Source: Amphiscolops sp. MND2022 (lineage: Eukaryota). Taken from it: 64,000 nucleotides of DNA. Location of the stretch: positions 62,001-126,000 of the forward strand of contig CAXLNC010001113.1 of assembly GCA_964187785.1 (NCBI GenBank), in the 5' to 3' direction. The translations under genes and the position numbers were made by a program. Below the pieces are notes generated by a model, which worked only from the letters and a program-made list of their open reading frames with translations, ran no database searches and had not been told where the DNA came from. Positions 47,213 to 61,470 of this stretch are shown here, one piece after another (within the stretch, counting starts at the first letter, position 1; every line of letters starts with the position of its first letter).

Positions 47213-50200
47213 TCACCCTGAGCGTTCCCTTGATGGAGGCCTGCTCCGAACATCCGGATCTTCTCCTCTACTGTCCGACGCCCGTCGGGCAGACCTTGCT
47301 GCTGACTTTGCGGCCGCTGGCTGATGAGCTGCCACCAAACCTAGCGTCTTCTTCAGCAGGCTATTTTCGGAACGTAGCAGCCTCTTGTCCTCTTCTGCTT
47401 CTTCCTTTGCTGCCGCCGCTTCCCGGCACGCTTGAAACATCAGATTTTCCATCCGAGAGGCCCTACTCTTCGCTGTCACACTCTGCGCCTTGAAGCTTTG
47501 GGCAAGACCGGTCACTTCTACCAACAGCTCCTGCGCATCCTTCTCTGGAATCACTCCTTGCAAACCTTTGAAGAGCTCCGGGTCCAGACCTTCCTCCTCC
47601 TCATCCTCTTGTGGTTCCACACTTTGGGGAGAAGGACGTCCCTTTCTCCGTGTCCTCGCTGATTTCTTCGCAAGTCTTGACTTCGAAACTCTCCTTCGCC
47701 TCTTCCCTGCCTCTTCCGGGCTGCTGACAACAGACACTTGGGTCGGAGCATATGGGTCATCCTCGACCCCCGAGACGGTAACCTTTGAGGAGGTGTCCAA
47801 TGTGCGTGACCCTCCATCATCGCACACCACATCCACTGACCTTGGACCGTCACTTCCCTCATGCCCCTTCCGGGAGGTGCCTGCGACACTGCTCGCTTTC
47901 TGCAACTGATCTGCAAGTTCAGCGTCATCAGCTTCATCCGAAGATTGTCCATGAGGAGCCTTTTCGCCAGCATCATGCTGCTGCACCTCCTCTGCTGTCT
48001 TCAAAACGATGCCCGATCTCGGCGTATGAGGCCTTTTCTCACTTACTACTGTCACTGTCTGTGCCTCCTGCGTACCCTTGTCCTTTCCGGACGGCATAGC
48101 TGTAGACACACTCGTTGCTGGCTTCAACTCCACCGGCTTCACAACCTCCGAACCACTTGTGATGCTCCCCTTCTTCGCCTGTGGCTCCTCTCCTTCGGTC
48201 TCAGAGCGCCTTTTGAGCTTGGCAGCCTTCTCAGTCTTCTCCTTCTTTTCGGTGGACTCTCCCTTTCCAGGGGCCGGCTCTTCAACAGGTTCAGGCTCCC
48301 ATTGTTGCGTCTGGTCGTTGAAGACCATCGACTTCTCCTTGCCCGTAGGCCTAGAGTATGCCTGTGTCAAAGGGTCCAATAGATCCCCTTTCCTGTCAAA
48401 AAGCCCCTTCCGGAGGAAAGCCCATCTGGGAAGTTCAGGCTCCAAGGTTGCATACCGCAAGATTGCTATGTGGTTCTCCCTGACCTGGCGCACATACTCA
48501 GGCATGATCGCCGGATCTGACAATCCTCTATGAGAGTATGTAATCCCATGGAACGCCAGCACCTTAACAGCATCGGCATCAGTACTTGTTGCCCCTTCCA
48601 CAGGTGGCGCAGGTGGGGACAACAGATATGGATGATCCATCTCTCGAATCTTCATGCCATAGCTGTAGAACTCATCGTACTGGTCCATTTCCTGGATTGT
48701 CAGCTGGTTCCACTGCGTGAACACCGACTCACCCTTGTGTCGATCAAACTCCTTGTGATACGTCGGCACCGCATACTGGTCCCATACCGGGATAAGAGGG
48801 AGCGCCTTCCACGGGGTTGTATCTGGAACATCACCTGGCTGCTTCTGCTCTGGACGAATGCCTGTCGAGCTTCCATGAATCCGCTTCCAGGTCAATCCAG
48901 CACCCACGATTGCGTGCTTTTCCAGCGCTACGTTCGGCAACAAGTCATGCATTTCACGCATTCTCTTGTTCTTGTAGTCCCACCATTCTCGCCGGGATTT
49001 CTTGATCCAAGGTCTCCATGGAACCAAACACCTCACCTCATTCTTTCCACACTGGAAGTCTGACACCACCACCCCCTTCCGGGGATCCAAGATCTGACAG
49101 TGAGAAGCACACAAACGCCCTTCCGGGATCCCGTAGCTGCACTCCAGGTGTACCCAATTTTCGCATGCCACGCATGGCAACAATCGGAAGTACTTGACTC
49201 CTGGACACAGTGCGCAATCCCGCTTGAATGCCGTGTATCGATACTTCCATCGTGGCTCTCTCATGTGCACTTCCAGAGGTGGCATCTCTCCATCCCAGTC
49301 AGGGTGCAAATTGTACGGGTCTACCAACTCCTTCATTGTCGTCCCGAAGAGGATGCCTGTGCTCAAAGGTGGCGGGTCCGCCCTGATCGCTGGTGGAACC
49401 ACTCTGAAATCGCGCACCTTTCTGACCCAAGTCACACAAAACTCTGGCTGTGAACACAACTCCCTCACTGGCACGTACTGTGGAAAGTAGTAATCCCTGT
49501 CCTGGTCTGGAGGAATCAACGCTCTCTGCACAGTGGCCCATCCAAACGCTACTATCTCCCGAGGTGTCTCCATGACACGCAACTTCATCAGGAACATCTT
49601 CTCGCGGGCCTCATTGCTCTTCCAAGGTTGATTCATACGAGCCTCCTTCGCAGACAGCGCTTCCAGCATGTATGAGAGTAACACTTTAGGCTTGCCATCG
49701 GCTGTTGCAGATACCACTCGGGTCACTGTAGTGAACTGGCCCTTCGGGTCAACATATTGATTCGAAAACCCTTTCTTGCCTTCCAAGCCTAGATGCAACG
49801 GTGCCGGCGGTGCCCACACAACTGCCCATGGGAAACGTGGCGGGCCCAAGTATTTCGGTCCTGCATCCAGGCCCCTTTCGGGGAGTGGCCCATCAACCAT
49901 GTCCTCATATTCTGGTTCATCGACCTGGGCTTCCGGCTTGGCAGAGTTGTCAGGCTGAACTTCCTCATCTGGGTCGAAGTCCACGCCATCATCTTCCTCA
50001 TCATGGGGATTCCCCTTCAGGTCCTTGAAGACAGAGAACTCATCCTTGAGCTTCTCCATGGACTTCTCGTGGTTGAACTCCGCCTTAGGGTTCGCTCTCA
50101 ACAGTCCCATCACCTTCTTGAGGTTCTGATAGGCAGCTTCGAACGGTGCTCTAAGGCCCTTTCCAGGGTACTTGTCTCCCAAGCGACGGAACATCTCACC

Positions 50201-53200
50201 ATTCATTGCCGCCAAGCCCTCCACCGTTCGCGACCCTGTGTCTACCAACTGATCCATCAAGAACCTGTCCGCTCTCGGGTCATCTGCCATCGGCATCACC
50301 ACTGGGAGACCAATTCCCACACCCTGCGTGGCCCAGACATCATGTGGACGATTGTTACGTTGCTTCCACATGTCCTCCCACCTTTCCGGTTCTCCCGCAT
50401 CAGTCCACGATCCCAACTCATAGCACTCCGGCCAGAGCTTCGCCGCTTCCACCTTGCCACCAGACACTGGAACCGTCAAGACTTCAGTCGTGGACATCAA
50501 GGGGATGAGCCTTTCCAGGGGTGGTCCGTAGCGGGACTTTGGTCCCCACCTGAACGGGGCTATCCAGTATCTAAGATGGTCCTTCTTCTGCGCTGCCTTC
50601 TGGATGTCTGCCAAGGTCACCGGCTCGCCGGGCTCCTCTCCTCTGGCCTGTTTTCTGGATGCCTCTCGGGCGGCTTCTCGAAGAGCGTCATCCTCCTTCT
50701 GGACTGTCTTCTGTCTCATTCTCAGCACAGCCAACTGGCGGATGAACTCCTCCCTTGCCTTCCCGACACACTTGGCAATGAACACCATCGTTGTTTCTGC
50801 CACTGATGGCCACTGACGATGTCCCTTTCCAGAGATGTAGACAACGGTTGCAGGTGACTCAAAGTCCTTGATCGCCTGCTTATCCTTCACTGAGAGAAGT
50901 TCCCTCACATTTGGGAATGCCTGTCTCTTGACTTCGGACCCTTCCAGGATGCCAGTATAGGTGTTGGTACAGCCTCTGCCAGACTTGGCGTGGTCCAAAT
51001 AGGTGTAAATCTGCATGTACAGCGACATGCCTTCCAGCTTCAAAGCATGATTACACCACGGGCAAGTCTTCGGCATCTGTAGGATGTTCAAATCATCTTC
51101 TTCGCACATCTGGAGAACTCGCAGAACCGCCATCGCAGCAGACCATGGTGCATCCATGAAGAAGTCGATCAGGGCCCTTTCGGAAATCTTGAAGCACTGC
51201 CACTCAATGGCCACCGTTAATGAGTCCGCCTCTCTCTCCTTTCCAGGGGTCTCAAAGCCAAGCCAACTCCAATCGATAGCTCTCTCCTTCACCCAAAATG
51301 AGATATTGAACAGAGCCTCCACACGATCTCCTCGGTCTGACTTGCTATCCCCAGCCTGTACGAAGAGACCAGGTGCCACCTTCTTGGCCGCTTCAATGAA
51401 GATATCGTTTCCCCAATCCGATGTCATCAGACCATCGCTCCCTGTCCTGATCTCAGCTCCAGCTGCATAGACTGGGATACCTTGTCCGCATTCAGAGAGT
51501 GGTTTGGCAACCGGCACTGAAACGTTGGCATACAGCTCCGTGATGAAATGCACAAGATCGCTGTGAGGTGTCATAACCCCTTCCGGGGACCTATTCTTCA
51601 CACATCGGTAAGCCCATCCCAGGAAAGCCCTCATCCATGCGATCTTATTGACGTCAGACAAATAGGAAGGGGTATCGAGCATCGGCACTCGGCCTTCCTT
51701 CACCACAGGGTGATCTGGATCCAAAGGGAAGTTTGCCCCTAGGTTCCCTTCCAGGATCTGAGCTCTCAAACCTTCATTCCAAGGAATTCGAGCGCTCCAT
51801 GTCTTTTCCCAGAAGTAGATCAGCGCATCGATTCCCAAGGCCTCGGGGTTTGGGTTTGGCTGTGGAACCTCGGTTAACTTTGGCCGTGTTTGCAACTCAG
51901 CTTCACCCAACGACGTCCACTGGAATACCCCGGCCGCTTCCAGGATAGGTAGCTCGATGATGCGTCCCAGTTTGCGAACCGGATGATAGACACCTTCTAC
52001 CCATCCCTCACAGGGGACTCATATGGCTGCGGGTTTAGCAAGGTTCCCATGAGTAAACGTGGCAACGGTGCAGTGCCTACCGCAGTCTTGCTGATCGCTG
52101 TGGAGATGTCGCTCATGTTCTTTTCCTGCTGCGCCTTCTTCTTTTCCTCCCAGGAACCTGCCTTCGACCCTTCCGGGGAACCAGACTGATCACGCAAGGA
52201 TTCCATTACCATAGTCGTATACGACCTACCGGGGTCCTTCTCACCCTGCTTCTTCTTCATCATTTCTTCACCCTTTTCCTCCAGAGTCTTCGTGGCATCT
52301 TTGGATGGAGGTGACGTTGCTGGCTGATCCTTTCCAGTAGGTGTCGCAGCAGGGCCCCTCGGGGAAGTGGTCGATGGTGCACTGACTCCTGTTCCAGGTG
52401 CGGCAGTACTGGACTTAGAGGCGTACGCTGCCTTGAGACTCAACGAGCTCGCCCTCTGCTTCGGCTTTCCGGTTGGAGGAGCTTCTTCACTGGAGCTGAC
52501 TTCCCCACTGACTCTGCCGGAGTTGGAAACTGTCCTTGCAGTGGACCTTTGGCCTGCGTTTGTAGTTCCTGTCTTTGCCATCACGGCACTATCGCTGGAA
52601 GGTCGTACAGGTGGTCCTTGCACCGTCGGTGTCTCACCGATTTTCGGAACTGGAGGTCCCTTAGCAGCTGGTGCCTGTCCGGCGGCGCTTCCTTGACTGC
52701 TTGCTGCACTTCCGCTGTGTCCGCCTTTGGCAAAGCAGAAGACGGAACCGAAGGTGGTGGCATCGAAGATGTCCCTGCATCCTTCGCAGTCCGAGGAGGT
52801 AGCCGACGAGTGAGCCCCTTCCGGGGTCCAAACCACCAGGAGCCTGTGCCGCTGCAACAAGGGAAACCCTCTTTCCAGTGGGACCTGTACGTGAGCTGTC
52901 ATGCACGAGTCAGATCGAAACCAGATCCGGACCACGCGAAACCTGTGACACCCCACTTGACCGCATGGAAGATCCAGTATTCTGCTGTTTCATCGCACTG
53001 ACGGCAATCGGCCAAATGCGCCTTCCTTCATCCTCGTCAGACATCTGCCGTAGAACTGGCACAGCAGATTACCCCTTGTCTCTGGACATGCTGAGCATCG
53101 TACCACTACTGATCGACATGGAGAACATCATACCACTGTGGGTTGTTGTCTGCGACCAATCCCCAAGTGCCATCAAAGCCCTGAGTTCTTGGGTCACTGT

Positions 53201-56200
53201 TCAGCATATCCTTTCTCCGCACAGATGATCGAAGATGCGCACCTCTGGTCCTGAGGAGCAGTCTGCTAGACCCAGTGCCTGTCGGGCATCAAGTGAAGCC
53301 ATCACATATGCCGATGCCACTTCCGGGCTGAACATGTAGGCTGTAGTCACCTTCACCTGTACAGCTTCCGGTGCTGGCATTGAACAGTGTGGCACCCTCG
53401 AGGTGAGCACGTCTAGCGGCATCGACTTCTGGACCATCACATCATCCACTTCTTTGGACAGCATCCTCAGAAACACTGGGTACCTCTTGGGTCCGTACAA
53501 TCTCTCTGATCCGTAGTCATCGGTCCTCAAGGTGAGGCCGCCATCGATCACTCCCCGTTCGTTGAACATTGTCATGAACGCCATCTCCGAGGTGATCGCC
53601 GTCCCTATTGACAAGGTCTGGAATTGATCGATGGTGGCCTTCCGCCAATAGTCCTCTGTTCGACCAATGGAAATGTCCATGGCATTCGGGGGACCTGGAA
53701 TGGGTCCAATGGGTTGACTGCTGGTTGAATGTCCACACGTGGCAGGCGTCCTTCCGACGTTTAAGTTCAGCTCTGTGACTCCTACCAGATACGAGGGCCC
53801 ATTCCGGGTAATGCCTTCAATCCATGTTGACCAATCATTGCTCTCAGCAGGAGTCACCCCAGTATTTCAGCTCCTTTGACGGGTGCGGCAAAGTGCTCAA
53901 TCCTCGCTCCCATCTCTCTTCCCAGCAATGTCTGCCAGACACTTGGAGGAGTGAACGGTGCCACCTGCATACCTGACCGAATGAACTGACTGGTAGTGAT
54001 TCCATAGATTGGTCGGGTTGGACATCCCCGCATCACACCATGCACAATACCCATATGTTCCCACTCCCTGACGCATTTTGACCAGTCGAGGATTCTCTAT
54101 GAACAACGCATCGTCCGCCACAATCTTCTGGCTTGTCCTGAAGTGTTTAAACCCTCGTAAGCCTCTGCATCACGATCCGCGGCTTGGTCTCTCGTGTCAG
54201 TCTGATACATATTCGTATCCTCCAATTCAAAGGCCTGTGCGCTTCCAGCTTGGCCCAAGAGAATCTCCGTCTTCCATGGTAGCCCTGATCTTCGGGTCAT
54301 CACCCTTCGCAGCCTCATCTTCTGACGATCCCACATGTAACATGATGACGACTGGAAACACACCGTCTTCAGCTCTTGAGCAGCAGGGGCATCCACCTGT
54401 GAAGTTTCTTCTTTCCTTCCTTGGATACGTTCCACAAGATCACCCTCATCGTCATCTCCGTCTTAATCATCTCCATGGTCTCAAAGCAGGCATTCACTGA
54501 CATATCCAGCATACAGTCCGCCGACATCACGTCATAGACAATCTCCAATTCCTGGGATGGTATCAAGAACCTGATGTGCCAGCGACACCGTGAACACATT
54601 CGCACCCGTTGGTTTGTGCACTTCCGGTTCTGGTACCTGGTACCTGATCAATGTGGACGACCATTGCCCTCGCTCCCGGCTGCAGCCTTGCTGTTGACAC
54701 CATGTCTCTCAAGATCGGGCTCCTCAACAGCTGCCTGTACACCTCACGACTGTCTCCATCCTCCCAGTGCGTCTGGATCCACCAATCCCTCTCAATCAAC
54801 CACTCACTGGGATCGGGATCAGCCACTGTAACACTGGACTACCGTCGATGATCGTCTTCTTCAACGGGAGCATGACCAATGGCGAATACGCCAGCGTGGA
54901 CCTTCCGGTACCCCATTCACCTCCGTACACCGGGCTTGCGTACTTTCCAGTAATCCCTCGCAACATCACCTGCATATGAAATCCTTCCCAGAAAGCATGT
55001 AGCAAAAGGGTGCCATACCAGCGGTCTGTCCTGGGTCTCTCCCTTCCCTGGGGTAATCCTGGCTGACCCTTTCCAGGGGAGATCCCGTATGTCCCTTACG
55101 TCGTACATCTTCAAGATGCCTTCGACCAGGTCGATTGCCTGCAGCAGACTCATGATGTCCCCGTCCGGGTGATTGTAGCGATCCATGGTGTTCATCGTGC
55201 ACAATTCATCCTCTCGGGAGAGCACTGCTGCCACCTTGACTGCCCCTTCCAGGACTCCATACTCCCTCGCCTTCGCCAATGTTCGGGCCCATTCCGGGGA
55301 GAAATCGAACGAAAGCTTGGACTGTCCCATGAGCGTCAAGTGACCCTTGTCATCTATCATGTCCAGCATCCTCATCCTTTGTGCAGTTGCCTGGACCACC
55401 ACTTCGTCGGGCGCATTCAGCGTAGGGAACTCCTCGATTGCAATTCCCACCTTCTTGCACACGCTTAGCAGTGGCGCTATGTCCGCATTGAGGAGCTCTG
55501 GAGTGCTCGGACCACGAAACTGTCTTTGAACCTGCTCTTCCGAGGCGACTATCACATGCTTGCCTGGTGCTACCCTTCCGGATCTGCCACCTTGCTGGAT
55601 CAAGTCACTGATCGACACTGTCTGTATGCAGTTGACATCCTCTCGGGATCTCAAATTCGGTGAGCACATGCGAACCCCTGTAGTCGAAATGACCACCGCC
55701 ACGGACGTGAGGGTCGCTCCCGTTTGGTTGACATTCGTAGTCAATCCAACCTTCCTGTATCGCTTCACCGTCATCCCGATGTCCTTCCGGACGTGTGTCT
55801 TGGCAATTGGTGGTGAGGTGCGCACTCCGTCCTTTTCGTGTCCCCGAAGTTGGTGGATCCCATACTCTGAAAGGTAATAGGGCATCTGTTTTCCGAAGAC
55901 CTTGGAGCCGCTTACAGGTTGGTCAAAGTACTGCCATGTCTCTGGACTTTCTCCACTATACATCGGCACCACTTCCAGGCCACGTGTTGTTACCCCAACT
56001 CCTGCCACCTGATCAGCAAGTTTGACAATGCCCGAATCTGGGGCTTACCAGGGCAGAACACCAAAAAGTGATCACAGAATTGCCCTTCCGGGACACCGTC
56101 AACGAGGTTCTGGTCACATTTCTCATGATGCATGGTGACTATCCGTCGGGCGGTCAGCTCAAGGACATTCGTCAGCTTGGTGATGTCTCTCTGTAAAAAG

Positions 56201-57137
56201 AACCTGGACACCTTGTATTCATGCTGATCAATCTCAATGTCCTGCGCTCCCGGAATTGCCAATTTCAACTCCGCCACATCGACAGTCGCCGACATCAGAA
56301 TGAGGATCATGGTAGGGTTCTCCTTCATCTGTGTCCTTGCCAACCCGATAATCATCTGGGTGTACATCGTCCTCTCGTGCACCTCATCCGCAACCACGAT
56401 TGTCACCGGCTGTGAAGGTTTCAAGTCCCTATTGTTGATCAGAGCATACACCCCAATCGCTTCAGTGACATACATCAGACGAGATGCCGGTCCGGCGTTT
56501 CTGTTCCTGGACACATGGAAGCCTACTACCGCATGGCCCACTTCTCCATGTCTCTTCCAGACCTCTTCGGCAAGCGAGATGGTGACCTTCCGTCTTTGCT
56601 GTGAGCACAAAACTATGCCTGGAGTCGTCGCACGATCGGCACAGTGATCTTCCAGCCACCTCATCGCTTCCCAAGGCACCACAGTTGATTTTCCAGTGCC
56701 AGTCGGACCATGGATAATGATTGTTCTCGCCCCGACGGTATTTGCCAGGTCATGCTTTGCTCCCTCGGCGAGATGGGCGACGCTCGTCAACGTAGCCCTC
56801 AGGCGTTCCACGATTCTGTGCGCTGCCAAGGAATGTGTATCCTGAGCCTCTGCCATTCTCTTTGCCAGTTCTGACTGAGTAGGCATTTCCGCTCCGTCCC
56901 CAAAGCCACTTCCGGGCAAGGGAGGAGGTGGTGGTGGTTGCACTGCCTTCATCCTGGTGGGATCCGGCATTGCCTTTTTCTGGTGGAGTTAGAACCGGTT
57001 TCCGTTCCTCTAGCCTTCTGAGGATCTGATGCCCGTCGGACGGTACCTCTGGGAGTATCAGAATCCGAAGGACTCGACATTGGCTTGTCAGGAGGCGTCT
57101 TCTCGTAGTACACTGATCCCTCCCCTCTGTGGGACAT
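47213..57137 (-). CDS. ORF2 of copy C (~3,300 codons with several 1-bp indels): DEAH/RHA helicase - C2H2 finger - Ser/Pro/Ala linker - unknown ~1,500-aa region with PHD-like finger - basic/coiled-coil tail
   Basis: ORF pieces 56949..57137, 55990..56970, 54917..56008, 53897..54121, 53201..53857, 51997..52956 and 47213..51910 chain in one orientation and match B. Confidence 0.85.
49097..49216 (-). other. PHD-like C4HC3 finger in ORF2
   Basis: CALC-x10-CVAC-ENWV-HLEC-x9-CASHC. Copy B (26464-26583) keeps it with one Cys->Arg change. Confidence 0.7.
53981..54046 (-). other. C2H2-type zinc finger in ORF2
   Basis: CAWC-x12-HYQSVH. Deleted in copy B. Confidence 0.65.
55150..56740 (-). CDS. DEAH/RHA SF2 RNA helicase domain (RecA1, RecA2, WH/HA2)
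   Basis: I GPTGTGKST (56683-56709), Ia SQQRRKVTISLA, II DEVHER (56377-56388), III MSAT, IV LVFCPGK, V TNVNQTGATL, VI QQGGRSGR. Confidence 0.92.
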
Positions 57138-57292
57138 GGGTCAAGCTAGCCTCCCTTGAGCATCTTTCTGCAAACGGCTTCAAATAATCAATTGAATTCA
57201 ATCCCTTCCGGGTCATGCACAGCACAATTCATTGCCCTTTCCAGGGAAGCCAGTCAAGTCCGCACATGTCACACTATGACAGCACTCCAACC

Positions 57293-59230
57293 TCACAGAT
57301 AAGAAGGGACTCCCATGCCTAATTGGGTCATGAAAGCCAATTGAAGACTCCGACCAAGTGTCTTGGTCAGGCCGTCAGCCTTCTGTGTCTTTCCTGGTTC
57401 GAAAACAGGATCAACACACGGTGGGTGAAGCAAAGTCCCGTAACACACATCACGGAGATAACTGTAACACTTCCCGAATGGGCGTGTGCGCACCACAATG
57501 GAATCATTCCTCAACTGTTTGAGACCTGTATCACTATCAGTTCTCATAGGGATCTTCAACTGAGGAGTTATCCCTGTGCTCACATGTCAAGAGGGCAATC
57601 ATCACTCCTTCTGACATGGCAACAATTTCTGCCTCTGGGGCGGAGTAAGCAGTAATGGTTTGCCTTCTCGAGGACCATTGTAACACCGAATACTCTCCCG
57701 TTCCGGGGTGAACCAAACAGAACCATATAACCAGACCTGCTCCTTCCTTGGCTCGTTGCGAAACTGGCATCGGTGAAAGCATGTATATGAAAACAGGGAA
57801 TCTCAGGAGTCACTTGCTCCTTCTTGGCTGACTGTCCTTCTTGACATGTTCGCGAGGCTATCTGTCTTCCATGAGAAACCTCAGTCGAAACAGCCAAACA
57901 GTCCACCGACGAGCCCCTTTCGGGAGAAAGCGTGGACATCACAAACGCACGGGTGGTCCAGACAAATCTCCACAAATCAACTAAATGAGCAGCCACAACC
58001 TTGGGAGTCCTCACCATCATGGAAGCACAGATGCCAAGGACGCTGAGATGTCCGGCCTTGTCCTTGTGGCCAGCCACATCAGTTGTCCAATATATCTCTG
58101 GCAATCGACACATGCTTCCTTTTGTCCGCTTCCGGGAGAACTTCGTCAGGCAGCTTCTCATCTACTACTGGCAGGCGATGACACGGCTTCAAGGTCACAG
58201 CCTGTGACTCACCCACAAAAGAATTCTCATGCATACAGTGCAGGATGTACTTCTCCTGATCGCACAGAACCGTTCCAGATGAATCCCGGGTGATCCTGCA
58301 ACCCAGAAACCCAATCTGAACATCCCGCTTCTGGGGTCCGCTCGGGAGGCATCCTGACTGTTTCATCACGTACTTCTTTAACAAGAGATGGATAATCGGT
58401 CGCATGTGCACTTCCGGCATGGCAAATAGCAGGTCATCTACATACCGTCACCACACCGCCCAGTAGGTCCAATGGCTTGTCCTGACCTTCTGTCTGGACT
58501 CCTATTGAGCGAGCCGTGGTAGGCTTTGCTCCTTGCCTTCCGGCCTTTGTCGCTGGTCCCTCCTCTGCCAACAGCTGAACCACCGCCCACAGACACGGAT
58601 TTCCCTTTGCAGGAGTCAGACCATACCACGTACCATTGATTTCCCACTGCAGTTCCGCCAAAGAGTTGTCACGTTCCACTTCCCAAGCTAACGGTGAAGT
58701 CCGCAAACCATAAAGCGCCTTCTTCAGCTTCCATATGGTCCCTTCCGGGAGGAGCCTAGCTTCTCAATCACCTTCGGTGGTCTCATATAGATGTATTGGC
58801 CATCCAGGTCTGTCTCACGATCCCCATACAGTCTTGCATACAGGAATGCCGTCGAAACGTCCCAAGTTTCAATTGGCCAACCTCGATAAGACGCCAGAGA
58901 CAGAAGCATCCTCAGCATGGGGTACGATGGAGTCTTTGACGAAGTCATCTCATCAGGGTGAACGGTCTGGAAATTTCCACAGACCACGATCCTTGCTTTC
59001 TTCTTCCCTTTTGCCCCTTCCGGGTTAGGCTTCACAACCAGCACCAAACGTCCCGGTAAGATCTCCGCTCCACGGATATCCTTCAACTTGACAACCTCAT
59101 ATACTCCCAGTTTTGCAAAAGATTCTAGTTCTGCAAGTATCGCTTCCTTCCACTCTGCCTGTTCAGGACCAAAAACCACTCGTGACTCCTGTGTTACCGT
59201 CTTTGCCATCGCAGGACCTGCAAAGTAGTC
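57293..59230 (-). CDS. Copia-type reverse transcriptase and RNase H (with 1-bp indels)
   Basis: KARIVVCGN, WDVSTAFLYA, LKKALYGLRTSP, YVDD (restored by removing a 1-bp insertion near 58445), FTDASF, WSSRRQT and QKADGLTK. Confidence 0.92.
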
Positions 59231-60839
59231 TGGCACTTCCTGCTGACTCAAAGCTGTTACATAAGCCACGTCCACCGGGATTGCTCCCAAGTCCACATTC
59301 TCAAAGGTGACCGCGTTCAGCTCCAACAGGCGAGCCCTCAGCTGAAAAGATGCTTCTACAAGTTCCACTTGTTTGCTGATTTTCAATCCAGTGACGCAGT
59401 AGACCGTCTTCTTCTTTGTCTCGTCGTCACCTGTCTTCGAGCATCCTTCTTCCTCCCTTTCCAGGGGCTCTTCCCTTTTTGTCAGCTGCATGACCCTGAC
59501 CTCAGGCTGGTCTGCAATCTTCACCCAACGGTCAGAAATCAATTCCTCATTCTGCCAGCCGAGTTGGATCATTGATACTTCGAAGCTGAAAGTCTCCTCT
59601 TCTTCAGTTCTATACCCTTGAGATTCTGCCGAAGCAAAACTCTCCTCAGACATGGTATCGTCCTCCGCAGTCTCTTTGAACCCCGTCTCCCCCGTTCTCT
59701 GCCCCTCTCCTTGATCCCTTCCGGGTGACGCATGACACAGTGATTGTTGCTCATTAGTCGTCATGGATTCCTTAGGTTCCTTGAGTTCTCCCCCGCTTTT
59801 CAGCAATGATGCCTCTCGGGCTTGTGCTTGTGCTGAAACACCCTCCCCCCGAAGAACGACCACAGGACGAGCTTCGCGAGTGAAAGCATCAGCACGAGCC
59901 CGGCAGCGAGCAGCCACCGCCCGAATGCTTTCGGGAACCGGATCAAGGTCTGAGTACCACAGCACGCTGCGAATGGACAGAGTATGAGAGCTGGCCGGAG
60001 AACACCCAGGGAGGGCGGGTGTGGGAAGACGAACGGGGCCCTTTCCGGGATCAAAATATTCACGCGCTAACAGAGCACCCGTCTCCATGTCGAAGGTCTC
60101 ACGACAGCACACCTGCCTGGCTTTAGGGCCTCCAGTGCGGACCCCTTGGAAGACACGAACATGTAGGTCTTCACGACTCCAGGGCTTGAGCACCTTCTGC
60201 AAGTGTCTGGGCATAGGAATGTTGATAGATGAGACTACCAGGTCAACGTCTTGGGAGCGCGGCAGTAACGCTGGAGCATCCCCGCCCATCAGTTCTGTCT
60301 CTGCAGGGCCAGGAGGAACATGCGGGAACGGGACATCGATTATGTAAGGATCAATCAAATCCCCTTCCGGGGCAGACTCCGGTTCCAGGCCGATCTCTTG
60401 CAGAGGAACCCCTGGATCCATTCCGACTGACGTGTCTTCAGCCGGAGTCATGTCGGCCAGAGTCTCCGCATCTGGAAGGTATTTCGACAGATCATTAACA
60501 TACCATGCCCATCCCATTCCAAGTGCCCGCAGGTTCTGTACCTCCATGGCCCCTTCCGGGTGTAGCTCCTCAACAGTTGCCACGTCCAGGTCAGTAAGGT
60601 GCCATTTAACTTCACCATCATTGCGCACATAGGCTGCCGCTTTCGGGTCTTTGGGGTGAATGTGAAGCTTCCACCTCTGGGGTCGTCGCTCCCCCAATTT
60701 TCGCACCTTTGCCGTCACAATGACATTGAAGAAGCCGTCCATAATCGTTCCCACGGTAACTCCGCCTGACACCAAAGGATTATGACCCAAGCATACTCCA
60801 GTGACTCCACGATCCTCAAAGCTGGGAGGTTTCTTCAAA

Positions 60840-61470
60840 AATCGATGCACCACCACCACGTCTCCGAACAACGGGTATGAAGCATTCAATCTGATTCCCA
60901 ACACACGATGATTGTGAATATACGCCACCCATTTGCACGCATACGCCCAATAGTCTGGTGGTAACCTGTGTTCAGCTAGCAACGCCGTCGCCCTGACCTT
61001 CACGATCCCAACCCAAAAACGTTCAGCGATGCCATTTGCAGCTGGATCATACCCTGAATTAGTTGTTTGGCGGATACCATGCGCTTTCAGCAGACTCCGT
61101 ACACTCCTTGCTAGGAACTCCTTTGCTTTGTCTGAATGCAGTCTTAGCACTGGGGCCCGACAGCCTCCTGTCAGACTGGTCAAATCGTCCAATGCTACCT
61201 GCAAACCTGCCACCACATGCGGGTCATCTCTATTCTCAACACCAAGAGCCCATACCAAATGCACCTCTCGCAGACACCAAACGATCACCATCAACTGTTT
61301 CGCTAGATGAACTGTAGAAGGGTGCGGTCCTGAAAAGTCAAAGGTCAAGATAGGTATCTCCCTCGCCTCTTTCAGGGCCGAATGTCGGTACAGTGGTCCC
61401 AGCGCCCTTTTACAATAATCACATTTAGAGTCTGGAACTCCATGGTCCAACTTATGGTCCGGGCACTCAA
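60840..61470 (-). CDS. DDE integrase
   Basis: HKLDH...CDYC zinc motif, FDFSGP, HSDKAKEF, NGIAER and YWAYAC...YIHN. Confidence 0.93.

Noticed and set aside
49793-50806. Long plus-strand ORFs overlapping the elements (337 aa here, also 36121..37065 and others)
   Set aside because: These are antisense shadows of GC-rich coding sequence, with no recognisable motifs and no conservation between B and C.
57580-58760. Frameshifts in copy C pol as programmed recoding sites
   Set aside because: They are single-base indels at positions that are in frame in copy B, so decay or sequencing error is more likely.
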